Source: an uncultured Gemmatimonadales bacterium
Lineage (GTDB): Bacteria; Gemmatimonadota; Gemmatimonadetes; Gemmatimonadales; GWC2-71-9
Direction: 5' to 3'
NCBI GenBank assembly: GCA_963728915.1
Contig: CAVSLV010000002.1
Span: 33,457-97,456, forward strand
DNA: 64,000 bases
Both the position numbers and the translations under genes were made by a program. The notes beneath the pieces were generated by a model. It ran no database searches. It was not told the DNA's origin and saw only the letters and a program-made list of their open reading frames with translations. Positions 1 through 9,595 of this stretch are shown piece after piece (the first letter of the stretch is position 1; each line of letters opens with the position of its first letter).

Positions 1-2383
1 CCTGCTGGCCGCCCAGCAACAGCGCGCCGACGAGCAGCAAGCCGTGCTGGAGACGCTCGCGGACCTCTCGGGAGAGCTGGAGCTGGGCAAACTGCTCCAG
101 GCGGTGCTGCGCCGCGCCACCACGCTCCTGGGAGTGAGCGGAGGCGAGCTCGCGATTTTCGACGAAGCGGGGCAGGAGCTCGAGGTCGTGGCGAGCCAGC
201 AGATCGGGGTCGATTCGACCGGCACCCGTCTCAAGCTGGGCGAAGGGGCCATGGGACACGTCGCGCTGACCAAGGAGCCCATCTGCATCGACGAGTACCA
301 CGAATGGATCGGGCAGTCGAACAAGTACGCCTCGGTCGAGGTGCATTCGGTCATGGCGGCCCCGTTGCTCATCGGCCATCGCCTGGTCGGCGTCTTCGCC
401 TGCACCCACCACGATCCGGCCCGCCGATTCGGACCGGACGACATCCGGCTGCTCAATCTTTTCGCGCCCCAGGCGGCCGTCGCGATCGAGAACGCCGGTC
501 TCTACACCGCGGCGCAGCGCGAGAGGCTGTATTTCGAAGAGCTGGTGCGGAACAGTCCGGTCGCGGTGGTCACGCTCGACACCCAGCACAACATCGTCTC
601 CTGCAACCCGGCCTTCGAAACCCTCTATGGCTATGGCCAGGCCGAAGTCATCGGGCGGAACCTGGACGACCTGATCTCCACCGATACCAGCCGATCCGAG
701 GCGGTGGCAATCACCCAGCACGTGCTCAAGGAAGGTGCGGTGCGAAGCATCGGGCGGCGCCGGCGGCGGGACGGAACCCTGGTCGACGTCGAAGTCCTTG
801 GAGTACCGGTCCGGCTCGAGGGCCGGCTGGTCGGCCTCATGGGTCTCTATCACGACATCTCCGAGCTCACCCAGGCGCGGCGTACCGCGGAAGAAGCCAG
901 CAACGCCAAGAGTCAGTTCCTCGCCAGCATGAGCCACGAGCTCCGCACCCCGCTCAACGCCATCATCGGGTACAGCGAGATGCTGGAGGAAGAAGTCGTC
1001 GAGCTCGAGCACCCCGAGCTGGCTCCCGACCTCCAGAAGATCCGGAGCGCCGGCAAGCATCTGCTTGCCCTGATCAACGACATCCTCGATCTGTCGAAGA
1101 TCGAAGCCGGCAAGATCGAGCTCTATCTCGAGGATTTCGACGTCGCGGTAATGGTCCGGGACGTGGCGACCACGATCCAGCCCCTGCTGGCAAAGAACGC
1201 CAACGAATTGGTGCTGGAGGCCGACGGGCTCGGTACCATGCGCGGCGACCAGACCAAGATCCGGCAGATGCTCCTCAACCTGCTTTCCAACGCCTGCAAG
1301 TTCACCGATCAGGGCAAGGTCGGCCTCCAGGTGGAGCGACTCTCCACCACCGGTCACCCCGACCGGCTGCGGTTCCGGGTGCGCGATTCGGGCATCGGGA
1401 TGACCCCGGCGCAGCTAACCCGCATCTTCGAGGCCTTCGCCCAGGCGGACGCTTCCACCAGCCGCCGCTATGGCGGCACCGGACTCGGCCTCGCCATCAC
1501 CAAGCGCTTCGCGGAGCTCATGGGCGGCGACGTGACGGTCGAGAGCGAGCCGGGCAAGGGCTCGGTGTTCACCATCACGATCCCGGTCGAGCGGGTCCCG
1601 GAGCCGGAGGAGCCGGGACCCGTCGGGACGACGGCGGGCGTGGTCCTGGTGATCGATGACAACGCCGAGGCGCGCGACCTGGTCGGCCGGTTCCTCCGCG
1701 AGGAAGGCTTCGCGATCCTCGAGGCCGCAAGCGGCGAGAAGGGCCTCGAACTGGCGCGGAGCCGCCGGCCCGATGCCATCACCCTCGATGTCATGATGCC
1801 CGGCATGGATGGCTGGGCCGTCCTCACCGCGCTCAAGGCCGACCCCGACCTTGCCGGCATCCCGGTCATCATGCTCACCGTGCATGAGAACCGGAGCCTG
1901 GGGTTTTCGCTGGGAGCATCGGAATACCTGACCAAGCCCCTCGACCGCGGCCGGCTACGCCAGGTGCTCGAGCGGTATCGAACCGACGGCCGTCGCGACG
2001 TCCTGGTGGTGGAGGACGATCCGCCCACCCGTGACCTGCTGCGCCGGATCGTCGAGGCGGAAGGATGGACCGCCGCGACCGCGGAGAATGGACAGGTCGC
2101 CCTCGAGATGGTTCGCCGCCAGGCGCCATCCATCATCCTGCTGGATCTCATGATGCCGGTGATGGACGGCTGCCAGTTCGCGGCCGAGCTGCGAAAACAC
2201 GAGGAGTGGCGCGGCATCCCCGTGATCGTGCTGACCTCGAAAGACCTGACCGCCGACGATCGCCGGATGCTGAATGGAGACGTCCAGAGCTTCCTCCAGA
2301 AGGGGGCGTTGAGCCGCGACGAGCTGCTCCGCGAGATTCATGACCTCATGCGGCCCAGCCGGGCCGCGCCTGCCGGGGAGTAA
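1..2383 (+). CDS. Hybrid sensor histidine kinase (GAF-PAS-HisKA-HATPase_c-REC-REC); 5' end probably lies outside the window
   Basis: The frame is open from nt 2, and the GTG at 44 is only the first in-window start. H-box [19 protein letters not shown]-box [13 protein letters not shown]1 DSGIGM and G2 GGTGLGLAI are present. Two receiver domains are present (VLVIDDN...DVMMPGMDG...TKP and VLVVEDD...[10 protein letters not shown]). Confidence 0.9.
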   Translation, partial: LLAAQQQRADEQQAVLETLADLSGELELGKLLQAVLRRATTLLGVSGGELAIFDEAGQELEVVASQQIGVDSTGTRLKLGEGAMGHVALTKEPICIDEYHEWIGQSNKYASVEVHSVMAAPLLIGHRLVGVFACTHHDPARRFGPDDIRLLNLFAPQAAVAIENAGLYTAAQRERLYFEELVRNSPVAVVTLDTQHNIVSCNPAFETLYGYGQAEVIGRNLDDLISTDTSRSEAVAITQHVLKEGAVRSIGRRRRRDGTLVDVEVLGVPVRLEGRLVGLMGLYHDISELTQARRTAEEASNAKSQFLASMSHELRTPLNAIIGYSEMLEEEVVELEHPELAPDLQKIRSAGKHLLALINDILDLSKIEAGKIELYLEDFDVAVMVRDVATTIQPLLAKNANELVLEADGLGTMRGDQTKIRQMLLNLLSNACKFTDQGKVGLQVERLSTTGHPDRLRFRVRDSGIGMTPAQLTRIFEAFAQADASTSRRYGGTGLGLAITKRFAELMGGDVTVESEPGKGSVFTITIPVERVPEPEEPGPVGTTAGVVLVIDDNAEARDLVGRFLREEGFAILEAASGEKGLELARSRRPDAITLDVMMPGMDGWAVLTALKADPDLAGIPVIMLTVHENRSLGFSLGASEYLTKPLDRGRLRQVLERYRTDGRRDVLVVEDDPPTRDLLRRIVEAEGWTAATAENGQVALEMVRRQAPSIILLDLMMPVMDGCQFAAELRKHEEWRGIPVIVLTSKDLTADDRRMLNGDVQSFLQKGALSRDELLREIHDLMRPSRAAPAGE

Positions 2384-2385
2384 CC

Positions 2386-2751
2386 ATGCCGAAGATCCTG
2401 CTGGTCGAGGACAATGAAATGAACCGCGATATGCTCTCCCGCCGGCTCCAGCGGAAAGGGTTCGAAGTGGAGATGGCGGTTGACGGCAAACAGGGCGTGG
2501 ACATGGCGCTCAACGGATCCTACGACTTGATCCTGATGGACATGAGCCTGCCCGAGATCGACGGCTGGGAGGCGACCCGCCGGGTCCGGGAGGCGCCGCA
2601 GACCCGAACCATCCCGATCATTGCGCTCACCGCGCACGCGATGTCCGGCGACCGCGAAAAAGCGATGGCGGCGGGCTGCAACGACTACGACACCAAGCCG
2701 GTGGAGCTCGAGCGACTCCTCGGCAAGATCGCCGCGTTGCTTCCCGCATGA
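2386..2751 (+). CDS. Single-domain response regulator (CheY-like receiver)
   Basis: KILLVEDNEMNRDML...LILMDMSLPEIDGWE...TAHAMSGD...YDTKP. Starts 3 nt after the kinase stop. Confidence 0.9.
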   Translation: MPKILLVEDNEMNRDMLSRRLQRKGFEVEMAVDGKQGVDMALNGSYDLILMDMSLPEIDGWEATRRVREAPQTRTIPIIALTAHAMSGDREKAMAAGCNDYDTKPVELERLLGKIAALLPA

Positions 2752-4670
2752 ACGGGCTGGACACCGCCGAAGCGGTCGCGGAGCTCCGCCACGAGCTTCG
2801 CACTCCTCTCAACCTGATCATCGGCTACTGCGAGATGCTCCTCGAGGACGCCACCGATTCCGGCGTCCAGCGGGGGCTCGAACAGGTGCTGACGGCGGGC
2901 CGCGACCTGCTGGAATGCATCAACGCCGCGGTGCCTCCGTCCCGCTCCGAAATCAACAGCACCGAGATCGCGGCACTCTACGACTCCCTGCGCGAACCCC
3001 AGGGACGGATCCTTACCGCCACGTCGGCGTTGCTTGCCCCGGCCGACGGCCCGCTCGACCAGCAGTTCGAGCGGGACGTGCGGCGGATCCGGAGCTCCGC
3101 CGAACGCCTCCTCACCATCGAGGTTTCCCAGCTCGCCGGCGCCGCCAAAGCGGTGCTGACCGCGGAACACCCGACCCGCGAGATGACTGCCCAGGGGGTG
3201 CCGGTCATCACCGCCCACCTTCTCGTGGTCGATGACGTCGAGGACAATCGCGCGGTCCTCGAGCGCAGGCTCCGGCGCCAGGGCCACACCGTGGAGGCGG
3301 TGAGCGGCGGCCATGCAGCGCTCGAGCGGCTGGGAAAGGAAAAGTTCGACTTGGTGCTGCTCGACGTCCTGATGCCCGACCTCGATGGCCTCGCGGTGCT
3401 CGAGCGCATGAAGGCCGATCCGGCCCTCCGCGACATTCCGGTGATCATGATCTCGGCGCTCGACGATGTCGCCAGCGTGGTCCGGTGTATCGAGCGGGGC
3501 GCGGAAGATCACCTCGCCAAGCCGTTCGATCCGGTGCTGCTCCGGGCTCGGATCAACGCCTGCCTCGAGAAGAAACAGCTCCGGGACGCCGAGCTCGAGT
3601 ACCTGGAACAGGTCGGCCGGGTCATCCAGGCCGCCACTGCGGTTGAAACCGGCAGCTACGAATCGGGAAGTCTCGGGGAAATCGCCCAGCGCGGGGATGA
3701 GCTCGGGCGCCTGGCGCGGGTGTTCGATGGGATGGCGGCACAGGTGCGGGCCCGGGAAAACCGGCTGCGCGACCAGGTCGAGGCACTCCGGCTGGAGATC
3801 GAAGAGGCCAAACACAAGACCCGCGCGACCACTCCGCGCGAAATGGCGAACCTCCCCTCGGGCGAGCTGTTCGCCGGGCGCTACGAAATCCTGGAAGAGG
3901 TTGGCCGTGGTGGCATGGGCGTGGTCTATCGGGCGCTCGATCGCGATCTCGGGGAACAGGTGGCCATCAAGACCCTGCGGCCCGAGCTGGTCCAGGATCC
4001 GGCCCAGATCGAGCGTTTCAAGGGAGAGATTCGCCTGACCCGTCACATTACCGACAAACACGTGGTTCGCACCCACGATTTCGGGGAGCGCGACGGGCTC
4101 TGTTATCTGACCATGGAATACGTCGAGGGGATTACCGTCCGCGAGCTGCTCGATACCCGCGGCAAGCTCGGCATCGCCCCCACCCTAGCGATTGCGACCC
4201 AGCTGGCGCAGTCGCTGGTCGCCGCCCACCAGCAGGGCGTCATCCATCGCGACATCAAGCCCCAGAATCTCCTGCTCGACAAGGAGGGCGGGCTCAAGGT
4301 GATGGACTTCGGCATCGCCCGGCTGTCCGGCGGATCGAACGGACTCACCGAAGTCGGCATGACGATCGGAACCCCGGATTACATGTCGCCGGAACAGATG
4401 CTGGGCGAGACCGTGACCGACCGCAGCGATCTGTATTCGGTGGGAGTCGTACTGTTCGAATGCCTGACCGGCCGATTGCCGTTCGTCGCCTCTTCGGCAA
4501 TGGCGCTGATCGCGAAATCGCTTCGCGAGCCTCCACCCGATCCAGCCGGATTGAATCCGGAGATCCCAACCCCGCTCTCTGCCCTGGTGCTTCGCTTACT
4601 GGCGAAAGGGGTAGAAGAGCGGCCCGGAGGCGCGGCCGAGCTCGAGCGTATGCTGTCGGAGCTGGCCTAG
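2748..4670 (+). CDS. Multidomain signalling protein: orphan HisKA/DHp-like H-box domain, receiver, HAMP-like linker and Ser/Thr protein kinase
   Basis: ATGA overlap with the upstream gene. The N-terminal H-box is [23 protein letters not shown], with no N/G1/G2 ATPase boxes after it. The REC domain is LLVVDDVEDNRAVL...LDVLMPDLDG...AKP. The HAMP-like motif is GDELGRLARVFDGMAAQV. Hanks kinase motifs are GRGGMGVVY, AIK, HRDIKPQN, DFG and GTPDYMSPE. Confidence 0.85.
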   Translation: MNGLDTAEAVAELRHELRTPLNLIIGYCEMLLEDATDSGVQRGLEQVLTAGRDLLECINAAVPPSRSEINSTEIAALYDSLREPQGRILTATSALLAPADGPLDQQFERDVRRIRSSAERLLTIEVSQLAGAAKAVLTAEHPTREMTAQGVPVITAHLLVVDDVEDNRAVLERRLRRQGHTVEAVSGGHAALERLGKEKFDLVLLDVLMPDLDGLAVLERMKADPALRDIPVIMISALDDVASVVRCIERGAEDHLAKPFDPVLLRARINACLEKKQLRDAELEYLEQVGRVIQAATAVETGSYESGSLGEIAQRGDELGRLARVFDGMAAQVRARENRLRDQVEALRLEIEEAKHKTRATTPREMANLPSGELFAGRYEILEEVGRGGMGVVYRALDRDLGEQVAIKTLRPELVQDPAQIERFKGEIRLTRHITDKHVVRTHDFGERDGLCYLTMEYVEGITVRELLDTRGKLGIAPTLAIATQLAQSLVAAHQQGVIHRDIKPQNLLLDKEGGLKVMDFGIARLSGGSNGLTEVGMTIGTPDYMSPEQMLGETVTDRSDLYSVGVVLFECLTGRLPFVASSAMALIAKSLREPPPDPAGLNPEIPTPLSALVLRLLAKGVEERPGGAAELERMLSELA

Positions 4671-4671
4671 A

Positions 4672-5940
4672 TCAGGATTTGGTTCGGAATCTTCCGACCG
4701 ATTCGGTGAGCCGGAGCGCCGATCCGGCAAGGTGCTGTGCCGAGGCGGTCACTTCTTCGGTGGACGCGTTGACCGCTTCGGTGCCTGCCGCGATTTCTCT
4801 GGCCGCCCTGGTAAACTCCTCCGTGACGGTGGCGAGCGTGCGGGTCCGGCCCGCGATTCCATCGACCAGCCGCCGGACTTCCTCTGCCGCCTGCGAGATC
4901 CGCCGGCTCCATTGATCGGCCGCCTCGGCCTCTGAGGCCACCGCCTGAAGTCCATCGATCGCCGAGCGGGCCGCATCCCGGGCCATGAGTCCGCCCTCGC
5001 CGAGCCGGAGCAGCCGCTCCCGTGCCAGCTGTACCCTGGCAGAGATGTTCTGGACCGTTTCGGATGTCGAGGTGGCCGCAAGCGCCGCCTGGCCCGAGAG
5101 CTTCCGGACCTCGTCGGCCACGGTGCCAAACCCGTTCCCTTCGTGACCACCTCGCGCGGCTTCGATCGAAGCATTGAGGGCGAGGATCCGGGTCTGCCGA
5201 GCCACGGTCCTGCCCTGATCGACGAATCGCTCCAGCGCATCGGAGGCCTCGGCCAGCGCCTCCGCTTCGGTGGTGCCGAGTCGCACCTCCTCGGCGAGTT
5301 GATCGAGCGCCTTCACGCTGGCGTTGAGTCGCTCCCCGTGGCCGCGAGCGAGCTGCAACAGCGCCGCGTTCCGGTCCACCGCCCGCAGGGCGCCTTCCGC
5401 CACCGATTCGGCGATGGCCAGGATCTGGCTGGCGTCATCCGCGACCGCGCGCACCACGGAGGCCTGTCCCAGCGCCTTCTCGGTGAGCGCCGAGGTCGTG
5501 CTCGCGACATCCTGGGTCGAGGAAACCATCTGTTCGGTCGCCGCTGAGATTTCCTCGGCGAGCGCGGCGGAATCGGTGGCGGATTGACGGATGGCGCTCA
5601 CCAACCCGTTCAGCTCCCGCACCATCCGGTCCATCCCCTGGGTGACCGGGCCCCCGCCGACCCGCTCGAGCTGACCCGGCTCGATGGTCAGATCGAAGTC
5701 CGCGATCCTGAGCGTAATGATTCCCACCGCCCGGAGGGGCTCGATGATGCGCCGGTTGAGCCAGGAGAGGCAGACCCAGAGACTGAGCAGGCAGAGAAGG
5801 GCAAAAACACCCAGCATCGCCAGGGTGGACCAGGGGAGGTCGCCGGAGAGAAAGACCCACACGACGGCCGTCAGGCCGATGGTGATGACTGCACCGCCAA
5901 CCTGCATCGTCCGGCGGAGGTGTTTCCCCGTCTCGGTCAT
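4672..5940 (-). CDS. Methyl-accepting chemotaxis protein-like transducer (2 TM, HAMP, MCP signalling domain)
   Basis: Two N-terminal hydrophobic segments. Conserved MCP tip motif RILALNASIEAARGGHEGNGFGTVADEVRKLS. Confidence 0.85.
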   Translation of the reverse strand: MTETGKHLRRTMQVGGAVITIGLTAVVWVFLSGDLPWSTLAMLGVFALLCLLSLWVCLSWLNRRIIEPLRAVGIITLRIADFDLTIEPGQLERVGGGPVTQGMDRMVRELNGLVSAIRQSATDSAALAEEISAATEQMVSSTQDVASTTSALTEKALGQASVVRAVADDASQILAIAESVAEGALRAVDRNAALLQLARGHGERLNASVKALDQLAEEVRLGTTEAEALAEASDALERFVDQGRTVARQTRILALNASIEAARGGHEGNGFGTVADEVRKLSGQAALAATSTSETVQNISARVQLARERLLRLGEGGLMARDAARSAIDGLQAVASEAEAADQWSRRISQAAEEVRRLVDGIAGRTRTLATVTEEFTRAAREIAAGTEAVNASTEEVTASAQHLAGSALRLTESVGRFRTKS

Positions 5941-5966
5941 GGTAGTCTGGATATTAAGTTACCCCG

Positions 5967-8423
5967 ATGAATGAACACCATCCCGAAGCTGGATATCGCC
6001 CGGACCTCATCGAGGCAAAATGGCAGGCCCGGTGGGTCGAGCGGCACACCAACGAGCCAGACCTGGATGGGGCGGAACGGCCGTTCTATAACCTGATGAT
6101 GTTCCCGTACCCCTCCGCCGAGGGGCTGCACGTGGGGAACTTCTTCGCGTTCACCGGGGCGGATGTCTACGGACGCTATCAGCGGCTCCGGGGGCACGAC
6201 GTGTTCGAGCCGATCGGCTTCGACGCGTTCGGGATCCACAGTGAGAACTTCGCCATCAAGACCGGGACCCATCCTGCCAAGCTGATCCCCCGAAACATCG
6301 CGAATTTCCGCCGGCAGCTGACCCAGCTCGGCGGCATGTTCGACTGGCGCCATGCGCTCTCCACCACCGACCCCGAGTACTACAAGTGGACCCAGTGGCT
6401 CTTCCTCCAGCTCTACCATGCGGGGAAGGCCTACCGGAAGAAGGCTGCGGTCAACTGGTGTCCCAACGACAAAACCGTGCTCGCCAATGAGCAGGTGATC
6501 AACGGCGCCTGCGAGCGCTGCGGGGCCCGGGTCGAGCAACGGTTCCTGGAACAGTGGTTCTTCCGGATCACCGAGTACACCGAGCGGTTGCTGAACGATC
6601 TGGACGACAAGAGCAAGATGGACTGGTCCGACAGCACCGTCACCATGCAGCGCAACTGGATCGGCCGGAGCGAAGGCGCGGAGATCGAATTCGCCAGCGA
6701 GGGCGGCCCGATCACGGTGTACACCACCCGGCCTGACACGCTGTTCGGCGCCACCTTCCTGGTGCTCGCTCCGGAGCACCCCCTGGTGGAGCGGCTCACC
6801 GCCGGAGACGCGAAGGCCCGGGTCGACGCCTATCGCCGGGAGGCCGCCGGGAAAGACATCGTCTCCCGCAAGGTGGGCGACAAGGACAAGTCCGGCGTGT
6901 TCACCGGGGCGACCGCGGTGAACCCGGCCACCGGCGAGACCATCCCGATCTGGATTGCGGACTACGTGCTCATGGAGTACGGCACCGGCGCCATCATGGC
7001 GGTCCCGGCGCACGACGAGCGCGACTTCGCCTTCGCGGTCATGCACCAGCTTCCGATTACCCGGGTGCTGGCTGGCCCGGGAGAGGACGGCACCACTCCG
7101 GTTCATGAGGCGGTCACGGAGACCGAAGAATTCCGCCTGGTGAATTCCGGGACGTTCTCGGAGCTGCCGGCGCCCGAGGGCTTTCGCCGGATCGTCGAGT
7201 GGCTCGCCGCCGAGAACAAGGGGCGCGGGACGGTGCAATACCGGCTCTACGACTGGTGCATCTCCCGGCAGCGCTACTGGGGCCCTCCGATCCCCATCAT
7301 CAACTGTCACAGCTGTGGCGCGGTGCCGGTCCCCGAGAAAGACCTGCCGGTGCTCCTGCCTGAGATTCCCGATTTCCAGCCCGACGACACCGGGATTTCG
7401 CCGCTCGCCCGCCACAAGGAGTGGTACGAGGTTCCCTGTCCCACCTGCGGCGGGAAGGCCCATCGCGAGACCGACGTCTCCGACACGTTCCTCGATTCCG
7501 CCTGGTACTTCCTCCGCTACCTCGCCACCGACGTCGAGGATCAGCCATTCCATCCCGCCCGCACCAGGAAGTGGCTTCCGGTGTCGATGTACATCGGCGG
7601 GAACGAGCACGCGGTGCTTCACCTGTTGTACAGCCGGTTCATCGCGATGGTGCTCCACGACCGCGGCCTGCTGCATTTCGACGAACCGTTCCGCCGGTTC
7701 CGGGCCCACGGCACCATCGTGAAGGACGGGTCGAAGATGTCGAAGTCCCGCGGGAACGTGGTGATTCCCGACCAGTACATCGCCAAGTGGGGCGCCGACA
7801 CCTTCCGCACCTATCTCATGTTCCTGGGCCCCTACCAGGAAGGGGGCGACTTCCGCGACGAAGGCCTCGCGGGACCGCGCCGGTTCCTCGACAAGGTGTG
7901 GGAGCTGGTGGACCAGACCCAGCGCCGGACCCTGGTCGGGGTCGAGGTCACCAGCAGCATCGTCATCAAGTGGCATCAGACCATCAAGCGGGTGACCCAG
8001 GGGCTCGAATCGCTGTCGTTCAACACCGCGATCGCCGCGCTCATGGAGATGCTCAACGCGATGCGGGCGGTGAACTGCAGCGAGCGTCGCATGGTGAAGG
8101 AGATGGTGATCATGCTCGCCCCCTTCGCACCCCACTTCGCCGAGGAATGCTGGGAGCGACTGGGCGCCACGACCTCGGTGTTCGAGGCATCCTGGCCGGT
8201 CTGGGAGGAGTCGCTCACCGTCGATCAGGAGGTCGAGATCCCGGTCCAGGTGAACGGGAAGACCCGCGCAAAAATCCGGGTGCCGCGCGGAGCCGAAGAG
8301 CCCGCGGTCGTCAAAGTCGCCCTGGACGATCCCCAGGTCCGGAAGTTCTTCGACGGCGGAACGCCGGCCCGGGTGGTCTACGTCAAGGACCGGCTGCTGA
8401 ATCTGGTAGGGACGAAGAGCTAG
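5967..8423 (+). CDS. leuS: Leucine--tRNA ligase
   Basis: Class I HIGH-type motif (PSAEGLHVGN) and KMSKS (KMSKSRGN). A CP1 editing region and 818 aa length are typical of bacterial LeuRS. Confidence 0.97.
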   Translation: MNEHHPEAGYRPDLIEAKWQARWVERHTNEPDLDGAERPFYNLMMFPYPSAEGLHVGNFFAFTGADVYGRYQRLRGHDVFEPIGFDAFGIHSENFAIKTGTHPAKLIPRNIANFRRQLTQLGGMFDWRHALSTTDPEYYKWTQWLFLQLYHAGKAYRKKAAVNWCPNDKTVLANEQVINGACERCGARVEQRFLEQWFFRITEYTERLLNDLDDKSKMDWSDSTVTMQRNWIGRSEGAEIEFASEGGPITVYTTRPDTLFGATFLVLAPEHPLVERLTAGDAKARVDAYRREAAGKDIVSRKVGDKDKSGVFTGATAVNPATGETIPIWIADYVLMEYGTGAIMAVPAHDERDFAFAVMHQLPITRVLAGPGEDGTTPVHEAVTETEEFRLVNSGTFSELPAPEGFRRIVEWLAAENKGRGTVQYRLYDWCISRQRYWGPPIPIINCHSCGAVPVPEKDLPVLLPEIPDFQPDDTGISPLARHKEWYEVPCPTCGGKAHRETDVSDTFLDSAWYFLRYLATDVEDQPFHPARTRKWLPVSMYIGGNEHAVLHLLYSRFIAMVLHDRGLLHFDEPFRRFRAHGTIVKDGSKMSKSRGNVVIPDQYIAKWGADTFRTYLMFLGPYQEGGDFRDEGLAGPRRFLDKVWELVDQTQRRTLVGVEVTSSIVIKWHQTIKRVTQGLESLSFNTAIAALMEMLNAMRAVNCSERRMVKEMVIMLAPFAPHFAEECWERLGATTSVFEASWPVWEESLTVDQEVEIPVQVNGKTRAKIRVPRGAEEPAVVKVALDDPQVRKFFDGGTPARVVYVKDRLLNLVGTKS

Positions 8424-8426
8424 CCC

Positions 8427-9527
8427 CTACTCCACTCGATACAGCGCCTGCATGCCCGCGATCAGATGTCCCTGGACGTGGCAATGAAACAGCCAGGTCC
8501 CCGGGTTATCGGGCACCATGTCGGCGGTCACCATCTGCATGGTGTTGATGTTCGTCACGTCGGTCCGCATGTGGTTGGCGACCACCGTGTTGCCGTGCCA
8601 GTGCGGGGCGTGCACCTCGAACCCGGTGGTCCCGAACAGGTACCAGCGGACCCGCTCCCCCTGTTTCATGGTCAGGCCCGGCAGGTTGCCGAAGGAGAGA
8701 CCGTTCATCGTCTCCCGGAGATTGGCCACGTAGTAGAGGTCACCGAAGTCGCCCAATCGCGGGCGCTTCTGCTTGTCCAGCGCATACGCGTTGACGTTGT
8801 CCTCGAAGTACCAGCTCAGGTTTTCGTCGAACTCCGCGAACGCGACCACAAATTCCCGATCGACATCCGACGGTGAGCCGTCGGGCTTGGCCATCCCCCG
8901 GGCCGTCACCAGGATCGGGCCGACCAATCCGGTATTGAGATCGGAGTTCTCGTCATGGTGGGAGTGATACATCCACTGCACCGAGCTCACCTCTCCGTGG
9001 GCTGGACCGGCCCGCTCCGGCACCGGCCACACGTAGACATGGGTCCCTCCCGGCGGCACCCCGTCGTCGGCCTGGTCCGCTCCACTGGTCCCGTCGGCGT
9101 ACGGCGCGCCCTCCGAGTCCTTGGTGTAGAAGACCCCGTGGGGATGCATGCTGTAGGGATGGGTCCCGTTGTTGCGGAACACCACCCGGATCGTGTCACC
9201 CACGACGGCGCGGAGCAACGGTCCCAGAATGCCGAGGTGTTCCCACTCCGGCGGTCTCGGCTTGAGGGAGGTGAAAGTGCTGTCGGTGTATTCCCGGTAG
9301 ATCGCCTTCTGGTACCGATGCCCGATCCGGTCCGCTGCCGGAATCATGACCTCGCGGTCGAACCCTTCCCACCCGTGGCCGGTGATCCGGTTGGAGTCGC
9401 TGGGGGCATAGTCCCAGAGCACCTCGTCCGCTGCGACGTAGGAGGTCCGGGTGATGCCACCGCTGCCGCCAGCCGCACCGCAGCCCGAGGCTGCAGTCAC
9501 AATGAGCAACAGGATTCCGCGTCGCAT
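8427..9527 (-). CDS. Two-domain multicopper oxidase, ceruloplasmin-like, probable lipoprotein
   Basis: Lipobox-like N-terminus LLIVTAASGC. Copper-ligand motifs HPHG, YHSHHDE, HAPHWHGN and HCHVQGHLIAGM. FDENLSWYFEDN resembles ceruloplasmin/factor V-VIII domains. Confidence 0.8.
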   Translation of the reverse strand: MRRGILLLIVTAASGCGAAGGSGGITRTSYVAADEVLWDYAPSDSNRITGHGWEGFDREVMIPAADRIGHRYQKAIYREYTDSTFTSLKPRPPEWEHLGILGPLLRAVVGDTIRVVFRNNGTHPYSMHPHGVFYTKDSEGAPYADGTSGADQADDGVPPGGTHVYVWPVPERAGPAHGEVSSVQWMYHSHHDENSDLNTGLVGPILVTARGMAKPDGSPSDVDREFVVAFAEFDENLSWYFEDNVNAYALDKQKRPRLGDFGDLYYVANLRETMNGLSFGNLPGLTMKQGERVRWYLFGTTGFEVHAPHWHGNTVVANHMRTDVTNINTMQMVTADMVPDNPGTWLFHCHVQGHLIAGMQALYRVE

Positions 9528-9595
9528 GGCTGGGCTCCATCTGGAGGGATAGAGCTAATGTATCCTTCATCGACCCGATCGATAGGGCGAATTCG

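Noticed and set aside
5937-8135. A 732-aa ORF on the - strand, antisense to leuS. Similar long ORFs occur at 2685-4076 (-), 16693-18249 (-), 18363-19907 (-), 304-1659 (+), 47711-48835 (-) and 49958-51235 (+).
   Set aside because: They overlap genes with unmistakable conserved motifs on the other strand or frame. Their translations are Arg/Pro/Gly/Ala-rich low-complexity strings with no recognisable domains. Long spurious ORFs are expected in high-GC DNA because stop codons are AT-rich.
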